Shown: positions 17,719-27,701 of the stretch, in pieces
How the letters are laid out: each line of letters opens with the position of its first letter
How positions within the stretch are numbered: position 1 is the first letter of the stretch
Source of the DNA: Spirochaetia bacterium
GTDB taxonomy: Bacteria; Spirochaetota; Spirochaetia; DSM-2461
NCBI GenBank assembly: GCA_963666985.2
Contig: CAXXIA010000001.1
Coordinates: 480,001 to 544,000, forward strand
Length of the DNA stretch: 64,000 nt
Direction: 5' to 3'
Program-made: the position numbers and the translations under genes
The notes under the pieces: model-generated
What the model was told of the DNA's origin: nothing
Database searches by the model: none
The model's input: the letters and a program-made list of their open reading frames with translations, nothing else

Positions 17719-20595
17719 ATGAACAACACCCTCTACATTCTGGACGGCTACGGCCTTATCTATCGTGCGTATTTCGCTTTTATTTCCCGCCCCTTGACCG
17801 ATCGGGAGGGAAACAATGTCTCGGCCGTTCACGGATTTTTCCGGGCTCTCTTTTCTCTGATGCGCAACAACGGCGCCAAAGATCTCGCCGTGGCCATGGA
17901 CCCCATCGGGCCGACGTTTCGGCACGAGATGTATCCGGAGTACAAAGCCACCCGGGACGCGGCGCCTGAGGATCTTCATGCGCAGGTTCCTCTTATCGAA
18001 GAGATTCTGGGTAAGCTGGGAATCCCGGTGATTCGGATGGACGGGTTTGAGGCCGACGATGTGATGGGCTCCGTGGCGGCCCTCTGCTGCAAAGAGAAAA
18101 GAGAATGCCGTTTGGTCACCTCCGACAAGGATATGATGCAGCTGGTCGGCGGCTGCGTGAAATTGCTGCGTCCGGAAAAAGGCGGCGGCTACCGGGAGAT
18201 GGGATCCGAGGAGGTCTTTGAGGACAAAGGCGTTCGTCCGGAGCAGATGATAGATTATCTGGCACTGATCGGTGATGCCTCGGACAATATTCCCGGGGTG
18301 GCGGGCATCGGGCCGAAGACGGCCTCCGCGCTTCTGGCCGAATGGGGTGATTTGGACGGCCTGTATGCGAATCTGGACTCGGCGGCCAAGGGCGCGCGGC
18401 TGGAGAAGCTCCGCGGCGGCAAGGAGACGGCCTATTTCAGCCGGGAGTTGGTCACCATCAAGACCGATCTGGATGTGAAGAAGGCCTTGGCCGCAGCTGG
18501 GGGGAGCTTTGCAGGCGCAGGCGGCGATTATTATGCCGCCGCACAGTTGTTTCGAGAAAAGGATATGAAGAGCCTGGCCGCCGAGGCGGAGGCTTTCGCC
18601 GTGAAGGCCGGCGGCCGCGGCACAGCTGCTGATGAGGCGGCGGATAAACGCGGCGGCATGGATTCCGGCGATGGGGCCGGGGGAAGCGCCGGTGGCGGAA
18701 GAACCGCCGGGGCCGATGAGAGCCGGGGAGTTCCGGCGGAATCAGGGGCGGCCGGTATCGGAAGAGCCGCCTCAGATGAGAGTGGAGAGGCAATCTCTGC
18801 GGCGGCTTCGGGGGTCACCTATAAAGCCCTTTTGAAGAAAGACGATCTGGAAGAGTGGGGAGCGAACATCAGAGAGGCCGGAGCGGTGGCGCTGGATACC
18901 GAAACCACGAGTCTGGATGCGATGCGGGCCGATCTGGTGGGGATTTCGCTGTCGGTGAAGGCGGGGGAGGCGGCCTGGATTCCGGTAAAGAGACCCGACG
19001 GGCCGTGTCTGGAGGCTCAAATCGTTCTCGAATGGCTGGCGGATCTGCTCGGCGGCGGGGATGTTCGGATTATCGGGCAGAATTTTAAATACGATTACAA
19101 GGTTTTAAGGCGTGCCGGGTGCGCGGTTCCTCCGGCGTGGTTCGATACGATGATCGCGGCCTGGATGATCGATGCTTCCTCGCCTGTGGGCATGGATGCT
19201 CTGGCCGAGCGGTATTTGGGCCTGAAAACGGTGAAATTCAAGGATGTGGTGTCCAAGGGCGGAACCTTCGCCGATGTGCCTTTGGATGATGCGGTGCGCT
19301 ATGCGGCCGAGGACGCGGATATCACTTGGAGGCTCTTTGAGGTTCTCTCACCGATGCTGGAACAGGATAAGGCGCGCCTGGCCCTTTTCAGAGGAATGGA
19401 AATGCCCCTGCTGCCGGTTCTGGCGGGCATGGAGATGGAAGGAATCGGCCTGGATATCTTCGAGCTTGAGGCCTACGGCGAAGAGCTGGGCCGGGGAATC
19501 CGTAACGTGGAGAAGGAGATTTACGAACTCTGCGGAAAGGAATTCAATATCGCCTCTCCCAAGCAGCTCCAGCAGATTCTTTTTGAAGAGCGGGGCCTTA
19601 CTCCCGGGAAGAAAACGAAGACGGGTTTTTCCACGGACAATACGGTTTTATCCGATTTGGCCGGGGAAGATCCGGTGCCCGAGAAGGTTTTGGTGTACCG
19701 CTCCTTAACCAAGCTCAAGTCCACCTATGTGGATGTGCTGCCCACCTTGGTGCATCCGCAGGACGGGCGGGTTCATACGAGTTTCCTCCAGACCGGCGCG
19801 GCGACCGGGCGGCTTGCCAGCAACAATCCGAATCTGCAGAACATTCCGGTTCGCGATGAGAACGGCCGGCGGATTCGCGCGGCGTTTAAGGCCCGGCCGG
19901 GATGTCTTTTCGTTTCGGCCGATTATTCGCAAGTGGAGCTGGTGGTTCTGGCCCATATGTCCGGGGACCAGGCGCTTTCGGCGGCCTTCCGGGATGGCGT
20001 GGACGTACATGCCCGAACGGCGGGGCTGCTCTTCGGGGTGGGCGACGGTGATGTAACGGGCGCCCAGCGGCGCATGGCCAAGGCCGTGAATTTCGGGGTG
20101 ATGTACGGGATGAGCGCGTTCCGTCTGTCCAATGAGCTCGGGATTCCGCGCAAGGAGGCCAAGCATTTCATCGACGCTTATTTCACCACGTATTCGGCGA
20201 TTCGCTCTTTCGTGGAATCGGCGGTGGCGGAAGCTGAAGAGGCGGGCGGGGTGCGCACCCTTTACGGCCGATTCCGGCCACTTCCGGGAATCAACAGCCG
20301 CAACCGGGTGGAAAAGGCGGCGGCCGAGCGTGCCGCGGTGAACTCGCGGATTCAAGGAACGGCGGCGGATATTATGAAGGCGGCGATGATTGATGTGGCT
20401 TCGGGGCTGGAGGCGCGTTACCCTGCGGCGAAGATGCTGCTGCAGGTGCATGACGAGCTGCTTCTGGAGGTGCCTGAGGGCGAGGCGGAAGCGGTGGCCT
20501 CATTCCTGAAGGAAACCATGGAAGGGGCGGTGGAACTTTCGGTGCCGCTTCGGGTGGGTGTGGAGATTGCTCCCTCGTGGGGGGATTTGCATTAA
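17719..20595 (+). CDS. polA: DNA polymerase I
   Basis: 5'-3' exonuclease (ILDGYGLIYRAYFA, EADD, GDASDNIPG); intact 3'-5' exonuclease motifs (DTETT, NFKYD, YAAEDA); polymerase motifs ADYSQVEL, KAVNFG..YG and QVHDE. ATG 17719 preferred. Confidence 0.98.
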   Translation: MNNTLYILDGYGLIYRAYFAFISRPLTDREGNNVSAVHGFFRALFSLMRNNGAKDLAVAMDPIGPTFRHEMYPEYKATRDAAPEDLHAQVPLIEEILGKLGIPVIRMDGFEADDVMGSVAALCCKEKRECRLVTSDKDMMQLVGGCVKLLRPEKGGGYREMGSEEVFEDKGVRPEQMIDYLALIGDASDNIPGVAGIGPKTASALLAEWGDLDGLYANLDSAAKGARLEKLRGGKETAYFSRELVTIKTDLDVKKALAAAGGSFAGAGGDYYAAAQLFREKDMKSLAAEAEAFAVKAGGRGTAADEAADKRGGMDSGDGAGGSAGGGRTAGADESRGVPAESGAAGIGRAASDESGEAISAAASGVTYKALLKKDDLEEWGANIREAGAVALDTETTSLDAMRADLVGISLSVKAGEAAWIPVKRPDGPCLEAQIVLEWLADLLGGGDVRIIGQNFKYDYKVLRRAGCAVPPAWFDTMIAAWMIDASSPVGMDALAERYLGLKTVKFKDVVSKGGTFADVPLDDAVRYAAEDADITWRLFEVLSPMLEQDKARLALFRGMEMPLLPVLAGMEMEGIGLDIFELEAYGEELGRGIRNVEKEIYELCGKEFNIASPKQLQQILFEERGLTPGKKTKTGFSTDNTVLSDLAGEDPVPEKVLVYRSLTKLKSTYVDVLPTLVHPQDGRVHTSFLQTGAATGRLASNNPNLQNIPVRDENGRRIRAAFKARPGCLFVSADYSQVELVVLAHMSGDQALSAAFRDGVDVHARTAGLLFGVGDGDVTGAQRRMAKAVNFGVMYGMSAFRLSNELGIPRKEAKHFIDAYFTTYSAIRSFVESAVAEAEEAGGVRTLYGRFRPLPGINSRNRVEKAAAERAAVNSRIQGTAADIMKAAMIDVASGLEARYPAAKMLLQVHDELLLEVPEGEAEAVASFLKETMEGAVELSVPLRVGVEIAPSWGDLH

Positions 20596-20635
20596 TTTTT
20601 TGGGGGGTGATCCCCGAAGCCGGGCGGGGAATGCC
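20596..20635 (+). repeat. Short dispersed intergenic repeat, copy 1
   Basis: T6 ... GGGTGATCCCCGAAGCCG ... ATGCC; the 18-bp core is identical to 52957-52974. Confidence 0.7.
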
Positions 20636-20701
20636 TGATGTTGGTTTTCGAATGGGCCATTGTCGAAACAAGGCCGAGCCAACGTCTTCACGGAGGACTG
20701 C

Positions 20702-21283
20702 ATGCTGATCGGAATCGCCGGGAAGACCGGCGCGGGAAAAAACCATATCGCTTCCTTATTGGAAAAAAGAGGCTGGCGTGTTCTTGATTTGGATTCGGTA
20801 GCTCATAAATCCTTGAATGTTCTTGCCGAGGATATCGAATCAACCTTTGGCCCGGGGCTGCTGAAAAACGGCGTTATCGACAGACGGCAGCTCGGCGGCA
20901 TTGTGTTTGCCCAGAGCGCCGCTTTGATGAAGCTTGAGGAGATAACGTATCCCTGGATTGAGGAAGAAACCCGGAAATGGATCGCCGAAGATCCCCAAAA
21001 GCCGGCGGCGATTCATGCCATCAATCTTCATAAAACGCATCTGGCCAAAACGATGAAAGCGCTGATATGGGTTTGGGCGCCGATTTGGGTCAGAAAGCGG
21101 CGTGTCATGAAGCGCGATAAACGCTCGTGGAACGATCTTAAGGGACGATTTAAGGCTCAAAAGAGACTCAGTCCTAAGTTATTTTCGTCATGCGCCGAAA
21201 TCTATAGTGTGAGGAATTCGAAAAACAAGGCGGCCTTGGAGAGGCGGCTTGATCGAATCCTCGATCGTCTGCAGCCCCGATAA
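20702..21283 (+). CDS. coaE: Dephospho-CoA kinase
   Basis: IGIAGKTGAGKN P-loop, LDLDSVAH and IDRRQLGGIVF; GGAGG SD before ATG 20702; follows polA. Confidence 0.9.
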   Translation: MLIGIAGKTGAGKNHIASLLEKRGWRVLDLDSVAHKSLNVLAEDIESTFGPGLLKNGVIDRRQLGGIVFAQSAALMKLEEITYPWIEEETRKWIAEDPQKPAAIHAINLHKTHLAKTMKALIWVWAPIWVRKRRVMKRDKRSWNDLKGRFKAQKRLSPKLFSSCAEIYSVRNSKNKAALERRLDRILDRLQPR

Positions 21284-21360
21284 TCGGGCGGATCGCCGAA
21301 AGCCGTAAGTAAAACGGCCTTAAGCGATGAGGCGGACGGTCATAACGGGAGGAACACACA

Positions 21361-22014
21361 ATGAGCGCCGAATCCACGCGCAATCCCGGATTGATCGCAA
21401 TCCTTACCATACTCGGAATTCTGGCCGTCGCCTTTGCCGCCGGACTTTTACTGTTTCAAGAGAAAGGAGGCGAGGCCGAAGGCCCGGGGATTGCTCTTTC
21501 CTCACGGCAGCCGGCCGCTCAGAGCGATGAATTCGATCCCATAAGCTGGGCCCGGGAAGATGCCGCTTATCCTCCTTTGCTTGAAGATGAAGGTGAGGAT
21601 GGTGAGTATGTCGCCGACTATACCGGTGAAAATCCCATCCCGGCGGAAAAGCCGCAAGAGATTCCCGAACCGGTTGTAACGAAACAGCCGGCCGCCGTCG
21701 CCGCTCCGCCCGCGCCTCCCAAAGAACCTCAGTACCGAGAAGTCCGTGAAAACGCCTATTGGGTGCAGGTTTTCTCATCCGACAGCGTGGGACGCGCCGA
21801 GGCTATTCGGGATGAGTTGTCTTCCGAAGGATTCCCTTCTTCCGTACAAACGAAAAACGTGGATGGGAAAACCTGGTACCGCGTTCGGATCGGAGCCTTC
21901 GACGGTGAAAGTGAAGCCGAGCATTACGCTGAAAAAATCCGTAAAATCGCCGGTTACGAATCGAGCTATGTGGTTGTGGCGCCCGTAACCAAGCGGATTC
22001 CCATAGACGACTGA
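21361..22014 (+). CDS. SPOR-domain peptidoglycan-binding protein
   Basis: N-terminal TM segment, acidic/Pro linker and YWVQVFS...WYRVRIGAF. Confidence 0.9.
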   Translation: MSAESTRNPGLIAILTILGILAVAFAAGLLLFQEKGGEAEGPGIALSSRQPAAQSDEFDPISWAREDAAYPPLLEDEGEDGEYVADYTGENPIPAEKPQEIPEPVVTKQPAAVAAPPAPPKEPQYREVRENAYWVQVFSSDSVGRAEAIRDELSSEGFPSSVQTKNVDGKTWYRVRIGAFDGESEAEHYAEKIRKIAGYESSYVVVAPVTKRIPIDD

Positions 22015-22080
22015 AACTCATCGGTGAATCCGGCCTCTGAAAACCGGATGACTCGCGGGTTTGAGATCCTGTTTGAACTT

Positions 22081-22112
22081 CCCGTTTGAGGGAAAAATCC
22101 CTCACGGGTTTT
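22081..22112 (+). terminator. Terminator hairpin between convergent genes
   Basis: CCCG-TT-TGAGGGA-AAAA-TCCCTCA-CGGG-TTTT. Confidence 0.6.
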
Positions 22113-22137
22113 GGATTCGCCGTATCTTCCGTAACAG

Positions 22138-23973
22138 TTACTGAAATCTTTTTCGATTGTTCAGCAGCAATAAATTCTTAATTTCAGCGGTATTCCGCGC
22201 TTCCAGCCATTCCCTCTGGAAGTCTTTCTGGCTGACCAGCGTGGCGATGGAGGCAATTGTCTTCAGATGAAGATCCCGTTTTTCCTTCGTTCCGCCCAAA
22301 AGAAAAACGGCCTTAACATTATTTTCCTCGGAAGAAAATTCCAGCCCCTCTTTGCATCGGATAATTTTCAGAAACAGAATATTTTCTCCGTCGACAACGA
22401 TATGAGGAATGGCCAGAAATTCTGAGATAACCGTACTGATTTCATCCTGCCTCTGTTGATAACGCCGGATGATTTCTTCCGGAGCCATTCCCGTTTCTTC
22501 GGCGATATCGTCCGCCGCGGCTGTCAGCATCTTCTCGAAAGACATCTTTTTGGGCAGATCCGTAATTCGGGAAGTTTTAATCAGCTCGTCGAAACCGTCC
22601 TGTTCAATGTTGTCCCGATGGATGACAATTTCCCTCAGTTCGTCTTCCAGAAGATCCCGCGTTAAGCGCTTATCGGCAATTCGTTTGAGAAGATGGAGCA
22701 GAGCGGACTCGCCTCTGGGCTGCTTTCTCCCATAGAAAAAATAGATGCAGAAGCTGAGAAAAAGAAAGGCAAGACTGATTTCCATGGCGTTCGAACCCAT
22801 ATCGACGATGAAAAAGGTGAAAACGGCGATACTGAACAACTGAAGCCAGGGGTAGAGCGGCGCTTTAAAGCTGGGTCTGTAATTGGAAAGTCTGCTTTCC
22901 CTGAACATGATGACGGAAATGTTGGTTAAAACGTAGGACGTTAAAATAACGGTGGAAGCGGCTTTTACCAAAATTTCCAGCGGCAGAAGCAGAGAAAGGT
23001 AAATGAGAATACCCGTGATAAAGATCGCGACCGCGGGAGTTTCTCTTTTTTTATGAACGGCGGCTATCTTGCGGGGAAGCAGATTATCGCGGCTGAGCGC
23101 CAGAGGATAACGGGACGCGGCCATCAGACCGGCATTGGCGGTGGTGATGAAGGCAAGCAGAGAAGCACAAATAATCAAATAATATCCGGGATTCCCTATC
23201 AGCAGACGAGCGGAATCGGCGACGGGAGTTAGGGATTCGGCAAAGAATTCGGGACTGAGCGTTCCGACCAGGATATAGACGATAAGCGTATAGAGGGCGG
23301 TTACGATCGTAATGGAAGAAATCATCCCTAAGGGAATATTTCTTTTGGGATTGATAACTTCCTCGGATACATTGGCAACCTTCAAAAGACCGCCGAACGA
23401 GATGAAAATAAATCCCGATGTGGCGGCGACTTCATTGATTCCCGATTTCATGAAGGGTGTGAAATTCGTAGGGTTGATTTTGGGAAATCCAACGATGATA
23501 TATCCCAGCATAATCAGAAGTAAGCCGGCCACCATAATAATCTGAAAAACAGCCGCTTCCTTCACGCCGCGGATATTCATCAAGATGAAGAGCAGGCAAA
23601 GAAACAGAGAAGAAATCGCAATCGGAATCCGTGTAAAGAGGAAGAGAACTTCCGATATACCGAATATGGCGAAAGCGCTTTTCAGAGACAGGGCAAACCA
23701 TCCCAGAAATCCGGATAGAGTTCCCAGCATCGGACCGAATGCTCGGTTAATAAAATAGTAATCGCCTCCGGCTTTCGGCATGGCTGTAGAGAGTTCGATA
23801 ACACTCATAACTCCCAAAAGGGCCAGTATCCCGGCAAGAAAATACGATACGACGACCGCGGGGCCCGTTTTCGCGTAAGCCATTCCGGGAAGAATGAAAA
23901 TTCCGGAACTGATCATCGCTCCCGTCGCCAGGCCGAACACTCCCCAGAAAGAAATTCCTTTGTTAAGGCTCAC
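22138..23973 (-). CDS. APC-family amino acid permease fused to a C-terminal PTS EIIA-type domain
   Basis: GAMISSGIFILPG, ELSTAMPKAGGDY, EEVINPKRNIP; C-terminal RQDEISTVISEFLAIPH. Confidence 0.9.
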   Translation of the reverse strand: MSLNKGISFWGVFGLATGAMISSGIFILPGMAYAKTGPAVVVSYFLAGILALLGVMSVIELSTAMPKAGGDYYFINRAFGPMLGTLSGFLGWFALSLKSAFAIFGISEVLFLFTRIPIAISSLFLCLLFILMNIRGVKEAAVFQIIMVAGLLLIMLGYIIVGFPKINPTNFTPFMKSGINEVAATSGFIFISFGGLLKVANVSEEVINPKRNIPLGMISSITIVTALYTLIVYILVGTLSPEFFAESLTPVADSARLLIGNPGYYLIICASLLAFITTANAGLMAASRYPLALSRDNLLPRKIAAVHKKRETPAVAIFITGILIYLSLLLPLEILVKAASTVILTSYVLTNISVIMFRESRLSNYRPSFKAPLYPWLQLFSIAVFTFFIVDMGSNAMEISLAFLFLSFCIYFFYGRKQPRGESALLHLLKRIADKRLTRDLLEDELREIVIHRDNIEQDGFDELIKTSRITDLPKKMSFEKMLTAAADDIAEETGMAPEEIIRRYQQRQDEISTVISEFLAIPHIVVDGENILFLKIIRCKEGLEFSSEENNVKAVFLLGGTKEKRDLHLKTIASIATLVSQKDFQREWLEARNTAEIKNLLLLNNRKRFQ

Positions 23974-24176
23974 CTCTTTATCCCTCTTCCGATAGGCACT
24001 TCACTATAGTTGATAATGCTGGTTCCCACCACTTTTTCATGATTCGGAACATGCATTTTCCTCGAAGTTGCAAAGAGCGGTGTTAACGGATTTTTTTCGG
24101 CCGAAATCGTTTCGATTCCGTTTACGATTCACCTCCGAAAAACCTTCGGCTGTGTTAGAATAAAGACGGGGGATTC

Positions 24177-27100
24177 ATGAAACCGTTTTTTCATGAACGG
24201 ATGATTTATTCGCTGTCGGCCCATCGTATTCGAATAGTTACGGTCCTTTTTTCAATCTTAATCTCTTTTTTTATGAGTGTTCCGCCGCTCTCGGCGGAAT
24301 CGAATGCCCCTCCCGAGCTGGTGCTCCAGACCGGACACGGCAATATTTCGGGAATTACCGCGGATATCACTCCTAACGGTATGACGGTCGTATCGGCCGG
24401 AGACGACCGCAGGATGATTGTTTGGGACGTGCGGACCGGAAAGAAAATACGAAGCTTCGAATTGGGCTATGAAGCGGAACGTCTTTTTACATTACCCGAC
24501 GGCGAAACCGTCATTCTCATCGGGAATAACGCCGATGTCGAAGAGGGTGTATTTGAGGATGACATCCTTGAGATTCGAAAGATAGCCGACGGAGAAGTTC
24601 AGTGGCGCTACAGTGCGATTTACCTTGATGATTTATCTCTTTCGCAAGACAGAACCTTCGCGGCCGCATGCAATGGCGGCGATTTATATCTGGTGGATTT
24701 ATTATTAAAAAAATTGATGAGCTTCAGCATTGAAGATCTGGAGCGGGGAGGTCTTGCGGAGGCCGGTATCATCAATTTTACGGCTGTTTCTCCTGATAAA
24801 ACCCAAGTTGCCCTCGGAAATAACGAGGGCTTCCTGATGATCTGGGACATTGCCGAACAAACCTTTATCGATATCGTGCAAATTTGTCCCGAGGGACTGA
24901 ATCAAGCCGTTTTTTCACCGGACGGCCGGAGCATTTTCGTCGCGGGAGGCGACGGAACGATACGGCAATGGGATTGGAAAAATCATCGGATTCTCAAAGA
25001 ATTCCAGGGTGTTGACGACACGACGATATTGGCGAACGATATCGACGTTTCCGATAACGGAAATCTCCTCATCTGTGCCGATGATGATGATCAAAATGTA
25101 TTGCTCTGGGATGTAAAAGCGGGAACGCTTTTAAAGACTCTCATTGGTCACGATATCTACCTCAAGCATCTGCTTTTCTATAACGGAGGACGGAGAATCC
25201 TTTCAACGGGGGATGACGGAGCCATTTGTCTTTGGGATGCCTCCGACGGGAAGAATCTTGCCGTATTGGGAGGCGTGTCAAAAAGTCTTGATGAGGCTGT
25301 TATTTCGCCGAATGGCGAGTTCTTTGCCACGGCCGATAACCAAAGAATCTTTTTTAGGGATGCGAAAACGGGGAAACTGATTCAAACAATCTACGCCTCT
25401 GTTCCCCAGCTTTTATTCCTCTCGGACAACGGGAGAGTGGTGGCTTATCTCAAGGGATTTCAGTACATCACGTTTTGGGACATTAAAAACAGAAAGGAAA
25501 TTTTGAGTTTGAATCCATGGGCACCCAACTCCTATGGTCCTCTCATCTATCAAGCCGATTTCGATTTGGAAGCCGGACATGCTTTCTTTTCAGACGGGGA
25601 CAACCGAATCCATTACTACGACTGCAATACCGAAAAAATCCTTTGGTCCGTGAATGCGCATGAGGAAACAATTCGAGATGTTGCTTTTTCACCTGACGGC
25701 CGATATGTCATATCCTCCGGAAATGACGGCTATATCCGTTTTTGGGAAAGAGATAACGGAAGATTGAGCAAAGAATTTTTCTATGATGAAAATTCAATAG
25801 TTTCATTTCGGATTACACCCGATGGGAAAAAACTTGTCGCGGTCAGTACGTGCCGGGGATTTCCTGTTTGGAACATGGAAACCGGAGAGCTGGTTTATCG
25901 CGGAGATTTGCCCAATAACGGTGAGAGCATCATTCTTTCTCCTAACGGAGAAACGGCTTATACGGGCGGAGACGATGGTGTAATCTGTGCTGTCGATCTT
26001 GAAACGGGAAGGGTCCTGAATCGATTCCCCGGTCATTCGGGCATTGTGGATGCTCTTGCCGTCTTTCCCGGCGGCACGCATATTCTATCGGCGGGGCAGG
26101 ACGGCACCACCCGTATCCGGAACACCCAAACCGGCGAATTCGCTTCCTATTTCGTGGGAAAAGACGGTGAGTGGCTGGCCTACACCGAAGACGGCTACTG
26201 GGATTCTTCTCCCAACGGAGGGGAACTGGTGGCCATGGTTCGGGGGAATGATGTTTGGAACATCGATCAGTTCGCCGTACGGACGAACAGGCCGGATAAA
26301 ATCGTATCCCGGCTTCCAAATCCCGACACGGACCTTATGAATCATTATTTTTTGATGCACAAGAAGCGTTTGCGCCGCATGGGACTCACCGAAGAGGAGT
26401 TGGATGAAAACTACCATGTGCCTTCGGCGGAGATTCGGGATGCCGGCCGAGAAGGGAAGTTCCTCCGTTTGGAACTCTCATTTTCGGACGACTTTTACAA
26501 TCTTACATCTTACAACGTTTATGTTAACGATGTTCCCCTCTACGACGGCGGAAATCCACTGAAGGGACGCCGAGCGGTCCGAAGCGAAACGGTGGAACTG
26601 AATTCGGGGCGGAACAAAGTGGAAGTTTCCTGTATGAATGCGCAAGGAACCGAATCTTTCCGGGATTATGTCGTTGAGGATTACGACCAAAAGGTTTCCG
26701 GCAACCTCTATTACATCGGTTTCGGTGTTTCTCATTACAAGGACGAACAGCTGAATCTCGGCTATGCTCATCAAGACGCACTTGATTTAGCCGTCCTATT
26801 CAACGGCATGGCGGGGGTGCATTTCGAGCATGCTTATGCGTACTACCTTATCGATGAAAAAGTTTCCGCCGAGTATATTTCAAGAGTCAAAGAGGTGCTT
26901 CGGGACGCCACGGTGGATGATACGGTCGTTCTGTTCATTGCCGGACACGGTGTTTATGAGCAGGGAGATGATCCTGTTTATTATTATGTAACCTATGAAA
27001 CCGATCTGGATGATTTGGCCGCAACCGCGGCGAACTTTGAGATGATCGAGGATATCCTTCGAGGCATCGCTCCCAGAAAGAAACTTTTTCTGATGGATAC

Positions 27101-27566
27101 CTGCGAATCGGGTGAGATTGACGAAGAAGAATGGGAAGTGTCGGCCGTCCTGACCGACAGCCGGGGTATTCGGGCTCGTTCCATTGATGAGAATCGCGGA
27201 CTCGGGCGCAGCGAAGGAAGATCTTTCCATTCCCCGCGGCCCTTTTTGAACAACAAAGACAGCTACATATACAACGATTTGCTTCGGCGTTCGGGCGCCA
27301 TCGTGTTTTCTTCCTGTCGGGGGCATGAATTTTCGTATGAGGATGAATCAATCCAAAACGGATATTTCACGGAGTATATCATCAGCTGCATGCTGGACCG
27401 CGAGGCCGATGTGAACGGAGATAACATGATTTCCATCGACGAGATGCGTTCCTATGTGCCGAAAGCCGTTTCGGCAGATACCGACGGTTTGCAGAATCCC
27501 ACAGTGGATAGGGATAATATCTACCAGGATTTCGGCTTCTCGCTAATGAAAAGAAGGGAACCGTAA
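24177..27566 (+). CDS. Exported WD40-repeat protein with C-terminal caspase (C14) domain
   Basis: N-terminal hydrophobic segment; many GH..FSPDG..WD repeats; His/Cys dyad FIAGHG and MDTCESG; NGYFT, QNP. Confidence 0.9.
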   Translation: MKPFFHERMIYSLSAHRIRIVTVLFSILISFFMSVPPLSAESNAPPELVLQTGHGNISGITADITPNGMTVVSAGDDRRMIVWDVRTGKKIRSFELGYEAERLFTLPDGETVILIGNNADVEEGVFEDDILEIRKIADGEVQWRYSAIYLDDLSLSQDRTFAAACNGGDLYLVDLLLKKLMSFSIEDLERGGLAEAGIINFTAVSPDKTQVALGNNEGFLMIWDIAEQTFIDIVQICPEGLNQAVFSPDGRSIFVAGGDGTIRQWDWKNHRILKEFQGVDDTTILANDIDVSDNGNLLICADDDDQNVLLWDVKAGTLLKTLIGHDIYLKHLLFYNGGRRILSTGDDGAICLWDASDGKNLAVLGGVSKSLDEAVISPNGEFFATADNQRIFFRDAKTGKLIQTIYASVPQLLFLSDNGRVVAYLKGFQYITFWDIKNRKEILSLNPWAPNSYGPLIYQADFDLEAGHAFFSDGDNRIHYYDCNTEKILWSVNAHEETIRDVAFSPDGRYVISSGNDGYIRFWERDNGRLSKEFFYDENSIVSFRITPDGKKLVAVSTCRGFPVWNMETGELVYRGDLPNNGESIILSPNGETAYTGGDDGVICAVDLETGRVLNRFPGHSGIVDALAVFPGGTHILSAGQDGTTRIRNTQTGEFASYFVGKDGEWLAYTEDGYWDSSPNGGELVAMVRGNDVWNIDQFAVRTNRPDKIVSRLPNPDTDLMNHYFLMHKKRLRRMGLTEEELDENYHVPSAEIRDAGREGKFLRLELSFSDDFYNLTSYNVYVNDVPLYDGGNPLKGRRAVRSETVELNSGRNKVEVSCMNAQGTESFRDYVVEDYDQKVSGNLYYIGFGVSHYKDEQLNLGYAHQDALDLAVLFNGMAGVHFEHAYAYYLIDEKVSAEYISRVKEVLRDATVDDTVVLFIAGHGVYEQGDDPVYYYVTYETDLDDLAATAANFEMIEDILRGIAPRKKLFLMDTCESGEIDEEEWEVSAVLTDSRGIRARSIDENRGLGRSEGRSFHSPRPFLNNKDSYIYNDLLRRSGAIVFSSCRGHEFSYEDESIQNGYFTEYIISCMLDREADVNGDNMISIDEMRSYVPKAVSADTDGLQNPTVDRDNIYQDFGFSLMKRREP

Positions 27567-27701
27567 AGACTGTTCGTTCACCCCAAGGCTGAAATCGCCC
27601 AAGCCTCGGCAGACTGTTTGAACAAGGCCTTTTCCCATGCACCGCAAGTCCTCTCGGGAATCTTTAAAAAACATGCTTCGGAATCGGATGCCGTACATCT
27701 T

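Noticed and set aside
27567..27701. AGACTGTT repeated twice between convergent genes
   Set aside because: An 8-bp match is compatible with chance, and no larger structure is seen.
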